A DNA stretch of 64,000 nucleotides from Trichoplax adhaerens (taxonomy: Eukaryota > Animalia > Placozoa): the NCBI RefSeq assembly GCF_000150275.1, contig NW_002060946.1, forward strand, positions 3,429,454-3,493,453, given 5' to 3'. Numbering within the stretch: position 1 is the stretch's first letter; each line of letters opens with the position of its first letter. Under the pieces are notes generated by a model that saw only the letters and a list, made by a program, of their open reading frames with translations, was not told the DNA's origin and did no database searches. The position numbers and the translations under genes were made by a program. Below are positions 34,773 to 49,000 of this stretch, piece after piece.

Positions 34773-37700
34773 TCATCTTCGGTTAAATTGCATACTTAGG
34801 AATGATAACTGAACTTGTTTCTCCAAGGTGGCTAGTTCAGAAACTGTTGACGCTAATTGTTCAAAATGTCCCTTGTTTTCACCTTACAGAATTGAAAAAA
34901 TATTTGTACAACATTAAACCACTGGCAATCATGATGATCAAAAATGTAAGTGACTCAGGAGGAAAGTTTGTGTTGAGTGATTGATTAAACAAATTGCATT
35001 TAATTTGATAAATACAAAAAGAACGACAATTATTTACCGGTCTCAGATTTTTTCCCTCCATAGACAATTTTTTCGCCAGATACAGTCTTTTCTACCACAA
35101 AATCGCTATTGACAGTTGCAACCTTGGTGTTCAAATGATTTTCAACGTTCTTCAGAAGCTAACAGATTATGAAGTATTTTGAAGAAACGAATTTCAATTG
35201 AGGCTTTCACACACATGTTAAGATTGATTTATAAAGTAAAAATATATATTAAACTGTTTTCGAATTTTACCTGTACTTCATCGTACCAAATAGTACATCC
35301 GCCATTTTCCTTGAGTTTGGTATTATGACACTTTTTACCTCGACTAGGACAGGTGTGATACCAAACCTAGCATTTGGTATAGGATGTGATTAAGAATATT
35401 GCGAGTTAGTTTAAGGTTATAAAATCCATGGGAAAGCTAAAAATTTTTGAAATTACCTTTTCAGGAACTGTTGATATTAAGGAAATTGCTAATCCCATTC
35501 TGCAAGATGGACATAAATACGCGTATATATGATATACGGTTGCAGATGATACTTATAGCGTAACATAAGGTCGTTGGCTCATTTCTTACAATTCATAGTC
35601 TGTCGTTACCTGTCAGCTCGACCAACTCTGCCAATGCGGTGAATATAATTTTCCTTTTCATCCGGTAGCGTTACGTTTACCACTATACAATAAATTACGG
35701 GCTAATTAAAGAATCATTTCAAGTAATTTCATGTCAAGAAGTTAAATTAAAACTATTCTTAAGTATTTAAAGCTTCACCATAAGGAATTCCAGTGATATC
35801 TAGACCTCTTGCAGCTACGTCGGTACATATAAGGAATCTTATTTGCCCACACTAAAATTTTTAGAGTTGTAGATAAACTTAGAGTCCTATTTCTCAATTT
35901 TGTCATTTGTAAGTAAGTGTGGGATTTACTCTAACTACTCATGGTGTGTGATGATGTTATCGTGTTACAGTGAAATGGCTATACAATAGTTTGAAATTAA
36001 AGCATAAAGCTTCTAAAACTATGAAGATATAGGGCTTGATTAGCAAATAACCTTAAAGCTGGATAGGTTCTGTTGTCGTTCTGCTCTATTTCTATCGCTG
36101 TGAAGGCATACGCATGATAGCTGATTCACCATTGCACGTGGACCTATAACGTACAGTGACTTAAGTAATTAATAGACTATTCGCAGTTGTAGATTCATAT
36201 GCATACAATACATTGGCTAAGATGTTACTTAAATTACCTCCGCCTAACTCGATTAAATGTTTCTCAATATTATCACAATCTAGTTTAGTTCTGCAAAAAA
36301 TTATTGCTTGTTCCATATTCAACGCATTTATTGCCTTAACTAGGTAGTGCACTTTCAAAGTTTTAATGGCTTCAGATAGAGTTTCTGTTCAGCATTTTCA
36401 TGAAATTTAGTTAAGATCATACTGCAAACACAATAAGGTAAAAGAAATGATGAATCATTTATTTCCGTCATCACCTGGAGTAGTAGAGGTTGATTTAATG
36501 AGATCGTTTGCATGTACTTTGTCGGTCTAGATATGGATTTAAAGATGGCAATAATTCAAATCAAAATTTCATCTTGTCAGCTAGTATTCAACATTTAACA
36601 GAAGACGTTTAAGCTAATTAGGCGTACTGTAATGTCTCTTCTTAGGTTAAGCCATCCCTTATCTTTCGTTGGGTCAATCATACAAACCTAATTATTGAGA
36701 ATATAAAGATAATTACTGATAATCTTATCTAAATTTCAATCATGGAGTTACACTTGTTACGATATTGCGGAAATCATAATACTCCATTGTGATTAATACT
36801 GCATGGCATTATAAATTATATACCACATGATGTACGGTATCGGGCACACTGTCCTTTCCCTTCAGATCGATCCACGTAGGATATTTCATTATTTTATCCT
36901 AAATATAGGCATATAAGACGCCATTAAAGCTTATCAGGACAAATGATGGTATATTTAGAGCTTACAGCGAGCTGCTTCACGGCTTCATTATGTAGGGTGG
37001 CGGAGCATACAATTATCTACATTAGTGATACATTAATAGTGAAGGAATCGATTGCACAATCGTTTATTAAAATATTACGGTTCATTTAGCTACTTGTTAG
37101 TAGTAAATAAGGTATGGTATTTCCGGAAACAAACCTGTAGACGTTTACCATCGGTAGATACTTTTGGTAATTTATTATAAATTTGACATATCAGTTCGGA
37201 ATGCCCTTGAGCTAATAGCCCGTCCTTTATGAACAAGTTTTAAGATAATAAAATAACTTTCCGTAGCTAAAGTTATGATAAAATTTAAAGGTAAATCGCA
37301 TCAAATAATTTTAGAGTTAAACTCACAACTTCGTCCAAGATGTAAAATCGAACCTAGATTAGAGTAAGAGTATGTCATAATTATAATTAAAGCAGAGTAG
37401 TGAAATTAAGTTTAATTTTATATAATTTGTTACTTCTATATAACATTTAGCAAATATTAGATCAGTAAGTTAAATGTGACTATAATCATAAGAAGCAGAT
37501 TGCATAGGGGTCGGATAAATAAGTACCTGAGATAAATCAAGCTTTTTTGATGATATGAAATCATCTAGGCGTCCTGGTGTACCGACTACCATCTCGACCT
37601 ATGGTAATTAATGCCAAAAATCTTACAAGCTGATATTAGTATATACAATGTATGTGTTACTATATCAAGCACAGGAAATTACAATATTCATGTGCTTTTA

Positions 37701-40700
37701 AGCATACCCCTTCTCGTAAGAGATTTACTTGTTGTTTAGGATTTTCTCCACCAACTAGCAGAACCTCTCTTTAATAGCCCATGGAAGAAATTGAGATATG
37801 ATCTATTGAATAATTTAAAACTTTTTTCGATATTCTTTAATTTATACTTACCTAATTGCTGGAGATGCTAGGTGTTCTTTAAAGAGGGATATTTGATCAC
37901 ATGTCTATTTATAAATCATGAAATAAAAAAATAAAAAATAGACTTTTTTAACAACTACATAATACGCATGGGACGAATCTAACAGCATTGAGCTTTTTAG
38001 GCGTACAATAAACATAGCTTAGTAATCAGTACCTGTTGTGCTAGTTCTCGAGATGGCTAAGTTAGAGAAAAAATTGGAGTAAACTAATAATATAAATTTT
38101 TTTATTGCCAGCGAATGTTGGCATCACTTTTACAAGCATCATTTTAATTTCAATTACTTCTATAATCAAGGCTGTAGGTGCTGAATGTGTAGGTCTTCGC
38201 GATTCTTTACTTGAAGAGTTTGGACCTATCAAATAAAGTGTACGCGTACATTGAAAGCATAATATTAATTTATTCATATCGTTTTCAAGTGCACTTGGTG
38301 TGATTACCATGTTTTAAGTTTCTAAATAATGTCTACCTACCTTTGATATTATGGTAGCGTTCATCAGTGGTACTCTTTGATAAGGTCCTGAATCCTTGCT
38401 GCGTATATTATGATATATGTCAATATTAGTTACGTGCAACCTAGTGTTACGTTTCGTCTAATTTGATTCACTTAAGCGTCTCGATATTTAGAATTGATTT
38501 AATAGAATACATAACATGATTTACATTTCACAATAGCTGGTAGTTTGGATTCAAAGAATACCTTACTATTTTAAATTAAATTACGTGGCAATTATAAAAA
38601 TGCGCATCAATGGAATATGAATACGATATACTCGTATATATATACTGTATGTATTCACAAAGGATTATAATACCATGGATAGTCGTAAGGTAAAGTATAC
38701 TCATTAATTATTAGTGGAACTTTACCATCGGATTTGCAATTTGCTTACCGGCGGTGAAAATGTAAACGCGTCATCACCAAAATTAAATTGCATTTCTGCA
38801 TTCTACAGATTCCATCATAAGATAGTTATTGTTGTTAACGGGTATCCAATTCAAGGTATTGCTCATGTAATAATATATATTTTAGCAGGCATTAATTAGC
38901 ATAGATATCAAAAGCTTTCAGTACTTTTAAGACTACTGCCGCAAAGAATGGAGAGTTTCTAAGCTTTTGAGGTATTTCAAATGCGCGACCAAAATCGACT
39001 CCTAGAAAAAGTTCAAAAATTAATTTGAATCATTAAAATTTTTACTTTTTTGGGAAATTATTTAGTACATGAATCCTGTAAATGGTGATATTACCGTTCT
39101 TGCTGAAACGAATTTCATAATTATCAAGGTCCAGCATACACCCTATCACATCTTTGTGTCCGAATGGCTGAAATTAAGATAGCATTTTCTTCACATGTAT
39201 GTTATCGAGAAGTATTACCCAGTTACCAGTATCATTATTACAATATAAATGTTATTAAAATTACCCACCTCACCATAGCCATCGAATTGTCTGGCATAGG
39301 ATTTTTTCCCGGTTCCCCCAAAACCAAAACCATTATTATCTGTACCTAGATTTTTATAGTAAACATAATCTACTGTCCGTTCTCAAGAAAGATAAGGAAA
39401 GGTTGAAAGGTTGAGTTATACCTAAATCTAGGGAAGCTATATCAGTTGACCATCCCACACGACACAGGCCTTCATCGGTTACTGTAGCTTCGTAATAAAA
39501 TTTTCCTATACAAGATAAGAATCATTAAAGTTTAAAATATCTTTTCTGATGTCATGTATTGCTATACTTTATTGTGATAGTATCTCTAAGTGACTGCTTC
39601 GCTACTTTCGTTATTTTTAAACCTTTAACTACGCCAATATTTGATCTGCAGCCTAGCCATTGAAAGTGCTCTCTGCCTTGGCATATTAAGCCATCTTTAT
39701 CAATTGCTGAATAGTTTATAACAAATATACGTCAATGTAATACCTATAAATGTAATACTAGCAGTTATAGGATTAACATACCGAGCTGATCGCTTCTATC
39801 AAAGGGGTTTAGTTTAACTTTGGTATCTGTATTGTTAAATATAATATCTTAAGGTCAATACAATCAGAAAGCAGTGTAATCATACCGATGTTTATAGATA
39901 AAAGAGATTGTATCAACTATCAAGGAAATGGATTAGTTAATTTTCTACTATTAGATTACGATATATCTGTAGCTTTTACATGAAAATAACCAAAACAGCT
40001 TAAACTAACCGATGGAAGGTTTTACTGAAGACTTTAATGGTTTACCCTTGACAGTTTCTGTCAATGCTTCATGCACAATTTGAATAACAGGAAGGCAAAA
40101 GGCCTGTAAAGAGGACATACTGGTATTATTTGTATGTTTTTTCTTCTCGTACGTAATCTGACGAGTACGGCTTCGGCATATGACTTTTACAGTTGTAAGC
40201 ATTTATGTATACATATATACTACATACAAGTATATGTCAAGTTTTAAACTTACCCCGGTTTTTCCACTGCCGGTTTCTGCAGCCTAACAATATTTAAAAT
40301 TAAAAAAGGATTGGAATAGATTCTAAGAAGAATGCTTACTGCTACACTATCATTTCGTTTCAAAGAGTAAGATTTAAATTTTATTAATTACATATATAAT
40401 AACGAAAAGATGAGTAATAATCTATTATTAACTGTAATTAGTTCATGTACAGTAGAATGAACGTGTACTTCTTTGATACATGATCAAATAATTTGGAAAC
40501 AAGTTCTAGATCAATAGTATCGAAATTTGAATGATTGATTGTTATAGGAATATTATCAAGTAATAGTGGTATAACGTACGTAACTAATAGCACTAATAGC
40601 AGAGTTTCTTAGATAGGGCTCAACTAATACAAATATTGATCATTCCTATTTTATAAATCTTGCAATCATTCTGTCTTAAATGCGTATATTATATTATAGA

Positions 40701-41890
40701 TTTCTTAATGCAAGATTATAATTTCATTTTACTACCGAAAATAGATTTTAAGGCTTTAGCCAGAATTGCAGTCACAGTAGTGATTGATGGTCTCTCTCGT
40801 GTTAATATTGAATATTTTAATTAAGAGCGAATTTGACATGTGTATTTATGATATAAAACCTCACCATTAATACATCGCCACCTCCTAATATTAATGGAAT
40901 TGCTTCTGCCTGAATATTGGTGGGTAAACTACAGGATGAAAAGGTAAGAAATATTAATGACATTTTGTTCTGAGGCTGCACTATAGCATGTTATAATTAT
41001 TGCCATTCGATCTTTTCGATCTCAGTTGGCGAATGGGTTAAAAATAAAAATTAATCATGTGTCTATGGATTGGACTACTCGTCTTATATTATGATTGCTA
41101 TCTTGTACTGTCCAATGTACAGTATAAAGGTAAATCAATAACTCTTGAGGACTTCATTTCTACTGTGTGTCTTGTTGTTCAACTTTAAACTTCATCATCG
41201 AAATTAGGCCGTTTCTGTCTAACCTTTCCTTTTGTCGTGGAGGCCTAGCTGTACAGTATGCTAAGGCCAGTAATCGAACTTGGCTACACCAGTTGTACAA
41301 ATTAACGTTTACTTACACAAGGTATACACTATGATTTATGACCCTCATTCGTCACTTGGTAATGTATTGTATCTTAAAAACTATGCACATTAGGTATTGC
41401 AATCTAGTAATACCAGTCAATACCGATAGTATACTTTTAAAAGTGGATTTTTTTCATAGAATTAGTTACTACTATCGCCTAGAATACAAATCAAGGTGAT
41501 GAACCATAACTTGAGCAACCTTGGTTTTCATTCATTTAAAAATTCTATTTTTGCTTACATCCAATCCATTTCTTCAGTTGCTTCCACAATTTCTGGCATA
41601 ACCCCGAGTTCTATGTAGGATCGAAAGGGGGACATAAGGTCAAGATTAGAATGATGGTTAGATGAAGATGAACATCGAACTGGTTTGCAATGCAATTTTA
41701 TTGACTATATTTCAGTGTCTCGTATGACAGCTAACGACAGCGCAAGATGATGCACTGGCAGTGAGTGGATATCGCTTTGAGCAATATTCTAGTCTCTCTT
41801 ACACTTTCACGACTCTATTCTACATTCAGTTCAATGGTCCTATGGCCCATGGAAGAACTGATTAACATAATTACCTGCAAATGCGGTCAT
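34773..41890 (-). CDS. DDX1: ATP-dependent RNA helicase DDX1 with SPRY insertion
   Basis: [57 protein letters not shown] ([19 protein letters not shown]), [60 protein letters not shown]; ends [10 protein letters not shown], stop at 34773-34775. Confidence 0.97.
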
Positions 41891-42167
41891 AGCTAATTTT
41901 TTTCGATTTTTCACTGGCTTTGTGAGCAGAAGGAGCTTGCAATTTCACTGCAATGTAATGCTTGGAGCAATGAAAGGAGGTGAAAGTGAACTCTTCCGGT
42001 TTGGCCTATAGTACATGTAGTACAGTACGTACAGCAGTGCCACGACGGTCCTCTGCATTTGACCTGTCGCCCTGTACGTACGTACAGTACAAGTGTAGTG
42101 AGCAATGAAAACGCCAATGTCTGTCTGTAGTCGAGCAGTGAGCTTAATCATACTGGTACAAGACGTT

Positions 42168-42647
42168 CAGGCATTGGATGATGACTAGTGTAGGAGTATA
42201 GCAAAGCAAACCAAGCCATTTTAGAATCAATTCTCACTTGTTAATGTTGAGTAAAGTACACTTTGCTGAAACTTTTTTTAGCGGTGTGTGATATAAAAAG
42301 CATCAGTACAGCAATTTCAGCCAAGTATACTAAGAACTTCTTGCAAAATGACGATGTCTAGTGCAGACATTAAGACTGCTGTGATTTACTTGACTACAGT
42401 ACAGGCATTGGAGGATGACTAGTGTACTACATGTAGGAGTATAGCAAAGCAAACCAAGCCATTTTAGAACCAATTCTCACTTGTTAATGTTGAGTAAAGT
42501 ACACTTTGCTGAAAATTTTTTTAGCGGTGTGTGATATAAAAAGCATCAGTACAGCAATTTCAGCCAAGTATACTAAGAACTTCTTGCAAAATGACGAGGT
42601 CTAGTGCAGCCATTAAAGACTGGCGTGATTTACTTGACTACAGTACA
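42168..42647. repeat. Near-identical tandem duplication (234-bp period) in the DDX1/EXOC2 divergent intergenic region
   Basis: CAGGCATTGGA.GATGACTAGTGTA...GTGATTTACTTGACTACAGTACAG at 42168 and 42402; the second copy has a 9-bp insertion. Confidence 0.92.
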
Positions 42648-42856
42648 GTACAGTGTACAGTCCATCAAAGTTACAAACTACAGTACTGTACACTACAGTG
42701 CAGTATGGACTACTGTACAGTACAATGTACATCCAGTAATACAGACAGACAGATTAACTTGACTACAGTACAGTGTACAGTACAGTCCATCAAAGTTATA
42801 AACTACACTACAGCGCAGTATGGACTACTGTACATCCACTAATACAGACAGACAGT
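42632..42856. repeat. Second ACAGT-rich duplication (about 100-125 bp) upstream of EXOC2
   Basis: TTGACTACAGTACAG...GTCCATCAAAGTTA.AAACTACA...CAGTATGGACTACTGTACA...TAATACAGACAGACAG occurs twice. Confidence 0.85.
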
Positions 42857-43096
42857 TATTGGAATTATGGTACGGTATACTGTTTAATCAGTAGTATACT
42901 GTAGGGACAGTTCAATACTATACAGACAGATGGACTCTGGTGGTCTGTAACCTGACACGCCTTACCAGTTCAGTCACTGCTTACGGTCAAACAACACAAG
43001 CAACACCAACTGCAGGGACGACGTTCTTCACAGGAAGGAAGAAAGCCCAGTGAAAATTGAAAAATTGAAACCCATTCTCAATGACCATCTTGGATC

Positions 43097-46000
43097 ATGG
43101 CAGAGCGGATGAGAGGATTACCCCCTAAAGTAACCGGTATATCGCCTAAAGATGGCATACCTGGTACGCTATTAACCATACGCGGAGAAAATTTAGGTCT
43201 TAATGCTCAAGACTTAATTCGTAAGTGTACAATAAATAATTGGCTATCGACTATCTTGCATTTTCTTGTCGTTTGTATGAGTTCTCTGTTTCTTCCTGTG
43301 TATGTTTCACTCACTCTCTTCCTTCAATCGATTTAATTTAATTAATTTCTGTGAAAATTTTCCCGTAGTATGTCAATGTTTAATACATTGTATGCATCAA
43401 TACTGTAAAAAAAGGATGGAGTTCCTTGATAGGGCTAGAGGGAAGAAATAAAAAAATGCAATTAGCAGAATTTCATTTTATCATTGCAATCCTATATCTA
43501 TTATGGTATACTGTACTTTTGACCATAGCATATCGCGCTGAAATATAGCACAGTTCCATTTTCAGCATAGTCGAGTGCAAGTGATAAATTCTGTAGAGCA
43601 CTGACTTCAATTTTGAGGTGGACGTAATGATCTACTCATAGTCTCGTAGGTAAACAAGTCTTCTGTAGATGGGCGGCAAGTTTTGATTACAACTCATACA
43701 GTACAAAGTAAACTGGACAGAATTGGAAAAGATATTTTTCCTGCTAGCTAACATGGGTAATACAGCAGTTCTTTTGAACATAGGTTATGAGCGACAGTCG
43801 TTTTGTAGGTAAAATACAGAATACGGAAATGAATGCAATGTTGGCATGGGAATAGCCAAAAATTATTGAAGAAATATTAATGGACTTTTTCTTCAAATAT
43901 TCATTCCATTTAGCCTTGTTAAAGTAGACGTGCATAGCTCTAGTCATCATCTAGCTTGTACTAAAGTACTATTCGGACGCCAATCAATCTACACGTTATA
44001 CAGTACTGTGGTATTTAGCGCGAACAGTATTGGATTAGACAGCATTGCATGTTCCAAATTTCACTTAATCTTACAAAGCTGCTAGTTCTTAGCTCAAATT
44101 ACAATACCGTGGTACACGCATAACACGAGCAGCTTAGTGGAGTGTGTAACGTTAAGTAAACTCAATACGTTATACATATAGCATTGCTCTTTCAGCAGAC
44201 AATTCAATAAAGTCATATATACAGTATATATATATGGGTATATCTTAAAATGTATAATTCATTATACTCGTACTTGGTAGTACTGCTGATAACTTAATGG
44301 ATTCAATACAGCTTGACGAATTACAATCATAACACCTTTACTAGATTCGATTAATATTGCAATTCGCGGTTAGGTTCAATAACTTGAAAACGTGATGCAT
44401 GGCTAATTCACTTAATTTAGATTTTGAGATGTCTTTGATAGATCTACTTTACCTGAAGCATATTTGATGCTTTCATTGACACCATTTTGTTTACAGGCTA
44501 AACTGCAATTCTTCGATGCACTGTAATTTATGTGAGAAGTTTAAAAATTTGTTGATTATAATTTATTATCACAAGGATATCATTGATTAATGAATTAATT
44601 ATCAACGACGGTATACACCTCTTGGACGTAAACAATAAGACACGCATAAAATATTCTATCCTTCTTGAACCTTAGTGATATACCGAATACTAATAAATTG
44701 ATCAACTGTGAAATTATTTTTCTATAGATGTCATGGTATGTGGATTTGATTGTATTTTAAATGCTACCTATATGTCACAAAGCAAGATTGTGTGTAAAAC
44801 TGGCTTTGGCTTGGGAAATGGCGAGGTTATTGTCACTACCAAATCGGGTGGAGAAGGCACATGCACCGTTACCTTCCTTGCATATGCTCCTGACCGTATA
44901 GGTAGATGCTACTGTGTTCATTAGTTATATTTTGCGTATACTAACTATTCTAGTAGATTTGAAATAATCAAATTATCTTTGTAAATACTGTCTTTAAAAT
45001 AGGAGGCGACGCTTTCCTTCTCCAAGCTGTACATGTAATTGAATTTATTCTTCGTATCTATTAGATCCTATGACTCCATTTCCTATGTGGATCCCAGAAG
45101 ATACAAGTGACGATGAAATTGCTACTACTGGTGTTAAAAGGAAGCCGATTGCTTTTAATGATCCTTTAGGACTGCCTGTTGCAGCTGAATCGGAGTATGG
45201 ATTGCCATCCTATCGACTTAGATTAATTTTATACTAAAATTAGAAGAATTTTTAGCGTAACTGAATTTATTTTTTAACTTTTTCTCAATTTAAGTATTCC
45301 TAAAGACGAATTAGAAGCCTATTATTCAAGCTGTACGTAGATTTAATTCATAATAATGTTACTCTAATATATTAAAATTAATGGATAGGCTCATTTAACT
45401 TAATTAGAATTATCGTAGTGCTGAAAAATTTCTGTAATCGAAATAGCTAATGATAAGGGTAATCTCAATATGAATAGAAAGACCCACAATTTTCCATCAA
45501 GATGATGTTCTTTATCTGTTTTCATCTTATTTGCAGGTGATTCGGAAATATCGAGCGAAAAATTTCATCCTATTCGATTTTTATTAGAGAAACATTGTAA
45601 TGCTACATTTGACGATCTTAAGATGGGTTTGCAACATCTTAAGGAAAAAGTACGCTCTTTATCTAGCGGACCTCAAACATTTCTTAAACGTAATATTACT
45701 AATTTCTTGGCCGCATATGAGACGCTAACTAGTATCCTTAATCATATCTGATGCAGTTTGCATATTTAAGCTATTTTCTTCTCTAACTTCGCTATAAATT
45801 AAGTATGCCATGAATATGCTAGCTTATTCATTTTATAATACTACGGTTAACAAAAAGAATGTCTCTACTGGCTATTTTTAATTAACAAACCTCGTTAAGA
45901 TGTGTATCGAGAAGCAGCTAAAAATGATACTTGGGATCATGGATTGCCTACTGGTAAATTAGAAGTATCAGTTAGAGGTAATCTTGCGATGATACCGTCT

Positions 46001-49000
46001 GCACTTTTAAGTCTATTTTTCAAATTTACGTAATATCTACTATGTAGCTATCAAATACTGCCATTATTGCAGTACCTAATGTTCACTTCTTTGTCATTTT
46101 TGTTTTGGTATATATCGTATCGCTATTAGAATCTTCGACTTTAGGCATTAACCTTTTTGATGAAACGTTACGTAGAAAGGACAAAGCCGACTCGATTAGA
46201 AATGCTCTTGGAGTACTTCAACGTTTTCGTTTTCTCTTTAACCTTCCTAGCAACATTGAGCGTAATGTAAAAAATGTAAGATGATGATACAGGGAATCAT
46301 TACAAATGTAGTGTTTATAGTTTAGTTTATGACATGTAGGATCAAAGGCAAGCTCAATGTTTAGCATAGCTTTTAACAACTCTTATAGGGAGAATTTGAA
46401 TTAATTATCAACGATTATGATAGAGTAAGATCTTTATTTGCAAATACTGAAGTTCAGGTTTTTAAAAAAGGTAAGCCATTGCTATCTGTATATCATATAC
46501 ACAGTATGTATAAATTATCAGTTACGTATAATATTTACACGTAATACCTGCTTGAAACGTTCTTATATATAGTATTAAATGAAGTCGAGTTACAAATCGA
46601 TAGAGTAAGATCTATTTTGAAGCAGCGGCTGAATAAGCATATGGCACCACTAGAGGAGCAAAAACGTATTATTAGGTAAAAAATTAAATATTTTAAACTG
46701 TAATTTATCTTAATGTCCTAATGTAGATATTTAGATATCCACTTAATATTATTTTTTAGGTTAAGACTTAACTCACGGTAGCTAACTATCTAATTTAAAT
46801 CAATAGATATTTGGTAGAACTCGATACTGTTGGTGATCCTGCTTGGGAATGCATTGTGAACAAACAAAAATGGATAATAGATTTATTTATGAGTTGCAAA
46901 GAAGACTACCTGCGTAAAGGTAAAATACATAAATGAATTTTCCTGCATGTGCTTAGTTCGATAAAGTAAATTTTTTGAATTAATAATTCCAGATGAAGAA
47001 CTGGTGAATTCCAATATCGATTTACCAACGCCAAAAAGAAAAATTTCGATATTAAATGTTGTTCCGCATGTTGGTTAGTGTTCTTAACTAAACTTTTTAA
47101 CTTTTCTATGTATTATATAATTTAACAAAGTAATTGATAATATTTTACGTGCAGACATTACGAAGAAACCAGAATCTAGTAGTTCTACGCATTCAGGTAT
47201 TCAAATCAAAAATTTTGTGTATTTGATTCTTGATGAGCCTTGTTATATTTTGAGTATATTTGAATCGATCTTACAAAATTTTAGAATGGAATAGCGGCGA
47301 TAAAACTGATGGTAGCAACAGATCTTCCATTGAAATAGATGATGATGTACCGAGATTGCAGTTTATGGAAGAAATGTGTGATTTACTGGCGGAGAATTTA
47401 CCTTCTCTTTGGAAACTTGGCAAGCTACATATGGATGGTGCTTTTGCCGCTGGGCAGGTATTTTATCTCTATATGTTTCTAAAAAGCTTTTAAAATTGCC
47501 TTGTATTTATTGTTGAATTTGATATTTCAAAGGCACAAGATCAAAACTATGTAGATAATAATGCAACACATCAAGAAAAGCCATTTTCTGTATGTTTATT
47601 GTAATATGGATTAGAAAGCTCGCTACCGTATCAGTTTTCTTCTCGGCTTATTAGTTTCGTATATCTCGTGAATAAATTATACTGTATGATATTTGTTTCT
47701 AATTTAAACGATTATAAATTTGAACTTTTAATCGGATAGGTTGTCGTAGGGGAACTGATCAGGCTATTTTCTAATCTGGTGAAGGCTTGCTTCCTTCCTG
47801 CTACGCTAGTAGATATGAATTCATCACAGAGGTCATATCTTGGCATATGGGCTTCTTTAAAAAAGCAAAATGTAGCTAATGAGGCTAAAATTCTGCAACG
47901 TTGCATCGCAGCTCTCAGGTTTATGCGATATCTTTTATAACAGTGCTCTATTTACCATTTCAAATGCAAAGGAGATGATAAGATACTGTACATTATGCTC
48001 TTAGATCTTGCCTATTCCGTCTTGCTCCTCTTGATATCCCTCTTTCGGTAACTGGATGCCTCCAAGACTTATGTAATGAGATAAAATATCGATGTGCAAT
48101 AACCGCCTGTGAAGCCTCGTTAATAGGTGTAATATATAGAATATCTGATTCTAAACTAATAAAAGTCTTTAAAATTAATACAATAACTGTTCGTTGTAGA
48201 TATAAGTACTCATGGATATTACGATTCCTGGATTTTAAGGAATGAGGGAGATAGATATTTAACTGATGCGGTAAGTTTGTCAGTGGAAGTTTGTTTATCT
48301 GACCGCATTTCTCTTGCTTTAGTTTGTTACGTATAATCCATGACTTTGCTTGCGAAAGTAATTTCAAGTAAGGCGAAAATAACTAACATTTAAGTATCTT
48401 TATTTTGTAATAAGCCTCATCGCTTTGAGTCTACGGTTACGAAGGTGCTGCTGATTCTAAAAGAACATGTTCTTAACATAAAAGTGGGAGAAATAGAGGT
48501 AATTACTATTGACATAGGTATGTTTAACGCTGTAACGGTACGCTATATATAATTTTCTGACGTATGTTCTCATTTATTTGTACAGAATAAGTCTGTCTCT
48601 TTAGACATGCAAAAAGATTTACTCACACAGATTTGTAAAATGTTCCTGGTAATGACATTTTAGACTTAATCATTCATTACGCTGATATCTGCATAACTTA
48701 AGTATTAATTTTTCTTACTAATAGGTATATAATGATCGCTTAAATAAGATTGTAATGGATTTACAACTCGATAAGGAAGATAGTAGCGAGTATGTTATAG
48801 ATCAATATCCGTATATGGAGATTTATATTCGGCTTTTTCTTTCGTATCAGAAAAAATAACGGAAATACTTTATTTAGAGTAATCTGAATGCGATTTTACA
48901 TAAGTGAAATCTTTTAATGGATCTCTAACTGCGCCAATTAATATAGGGGCGATCCTATTACAAAAAAGACTTCAACGCTCGAACATGATTTAGTGGAAGG

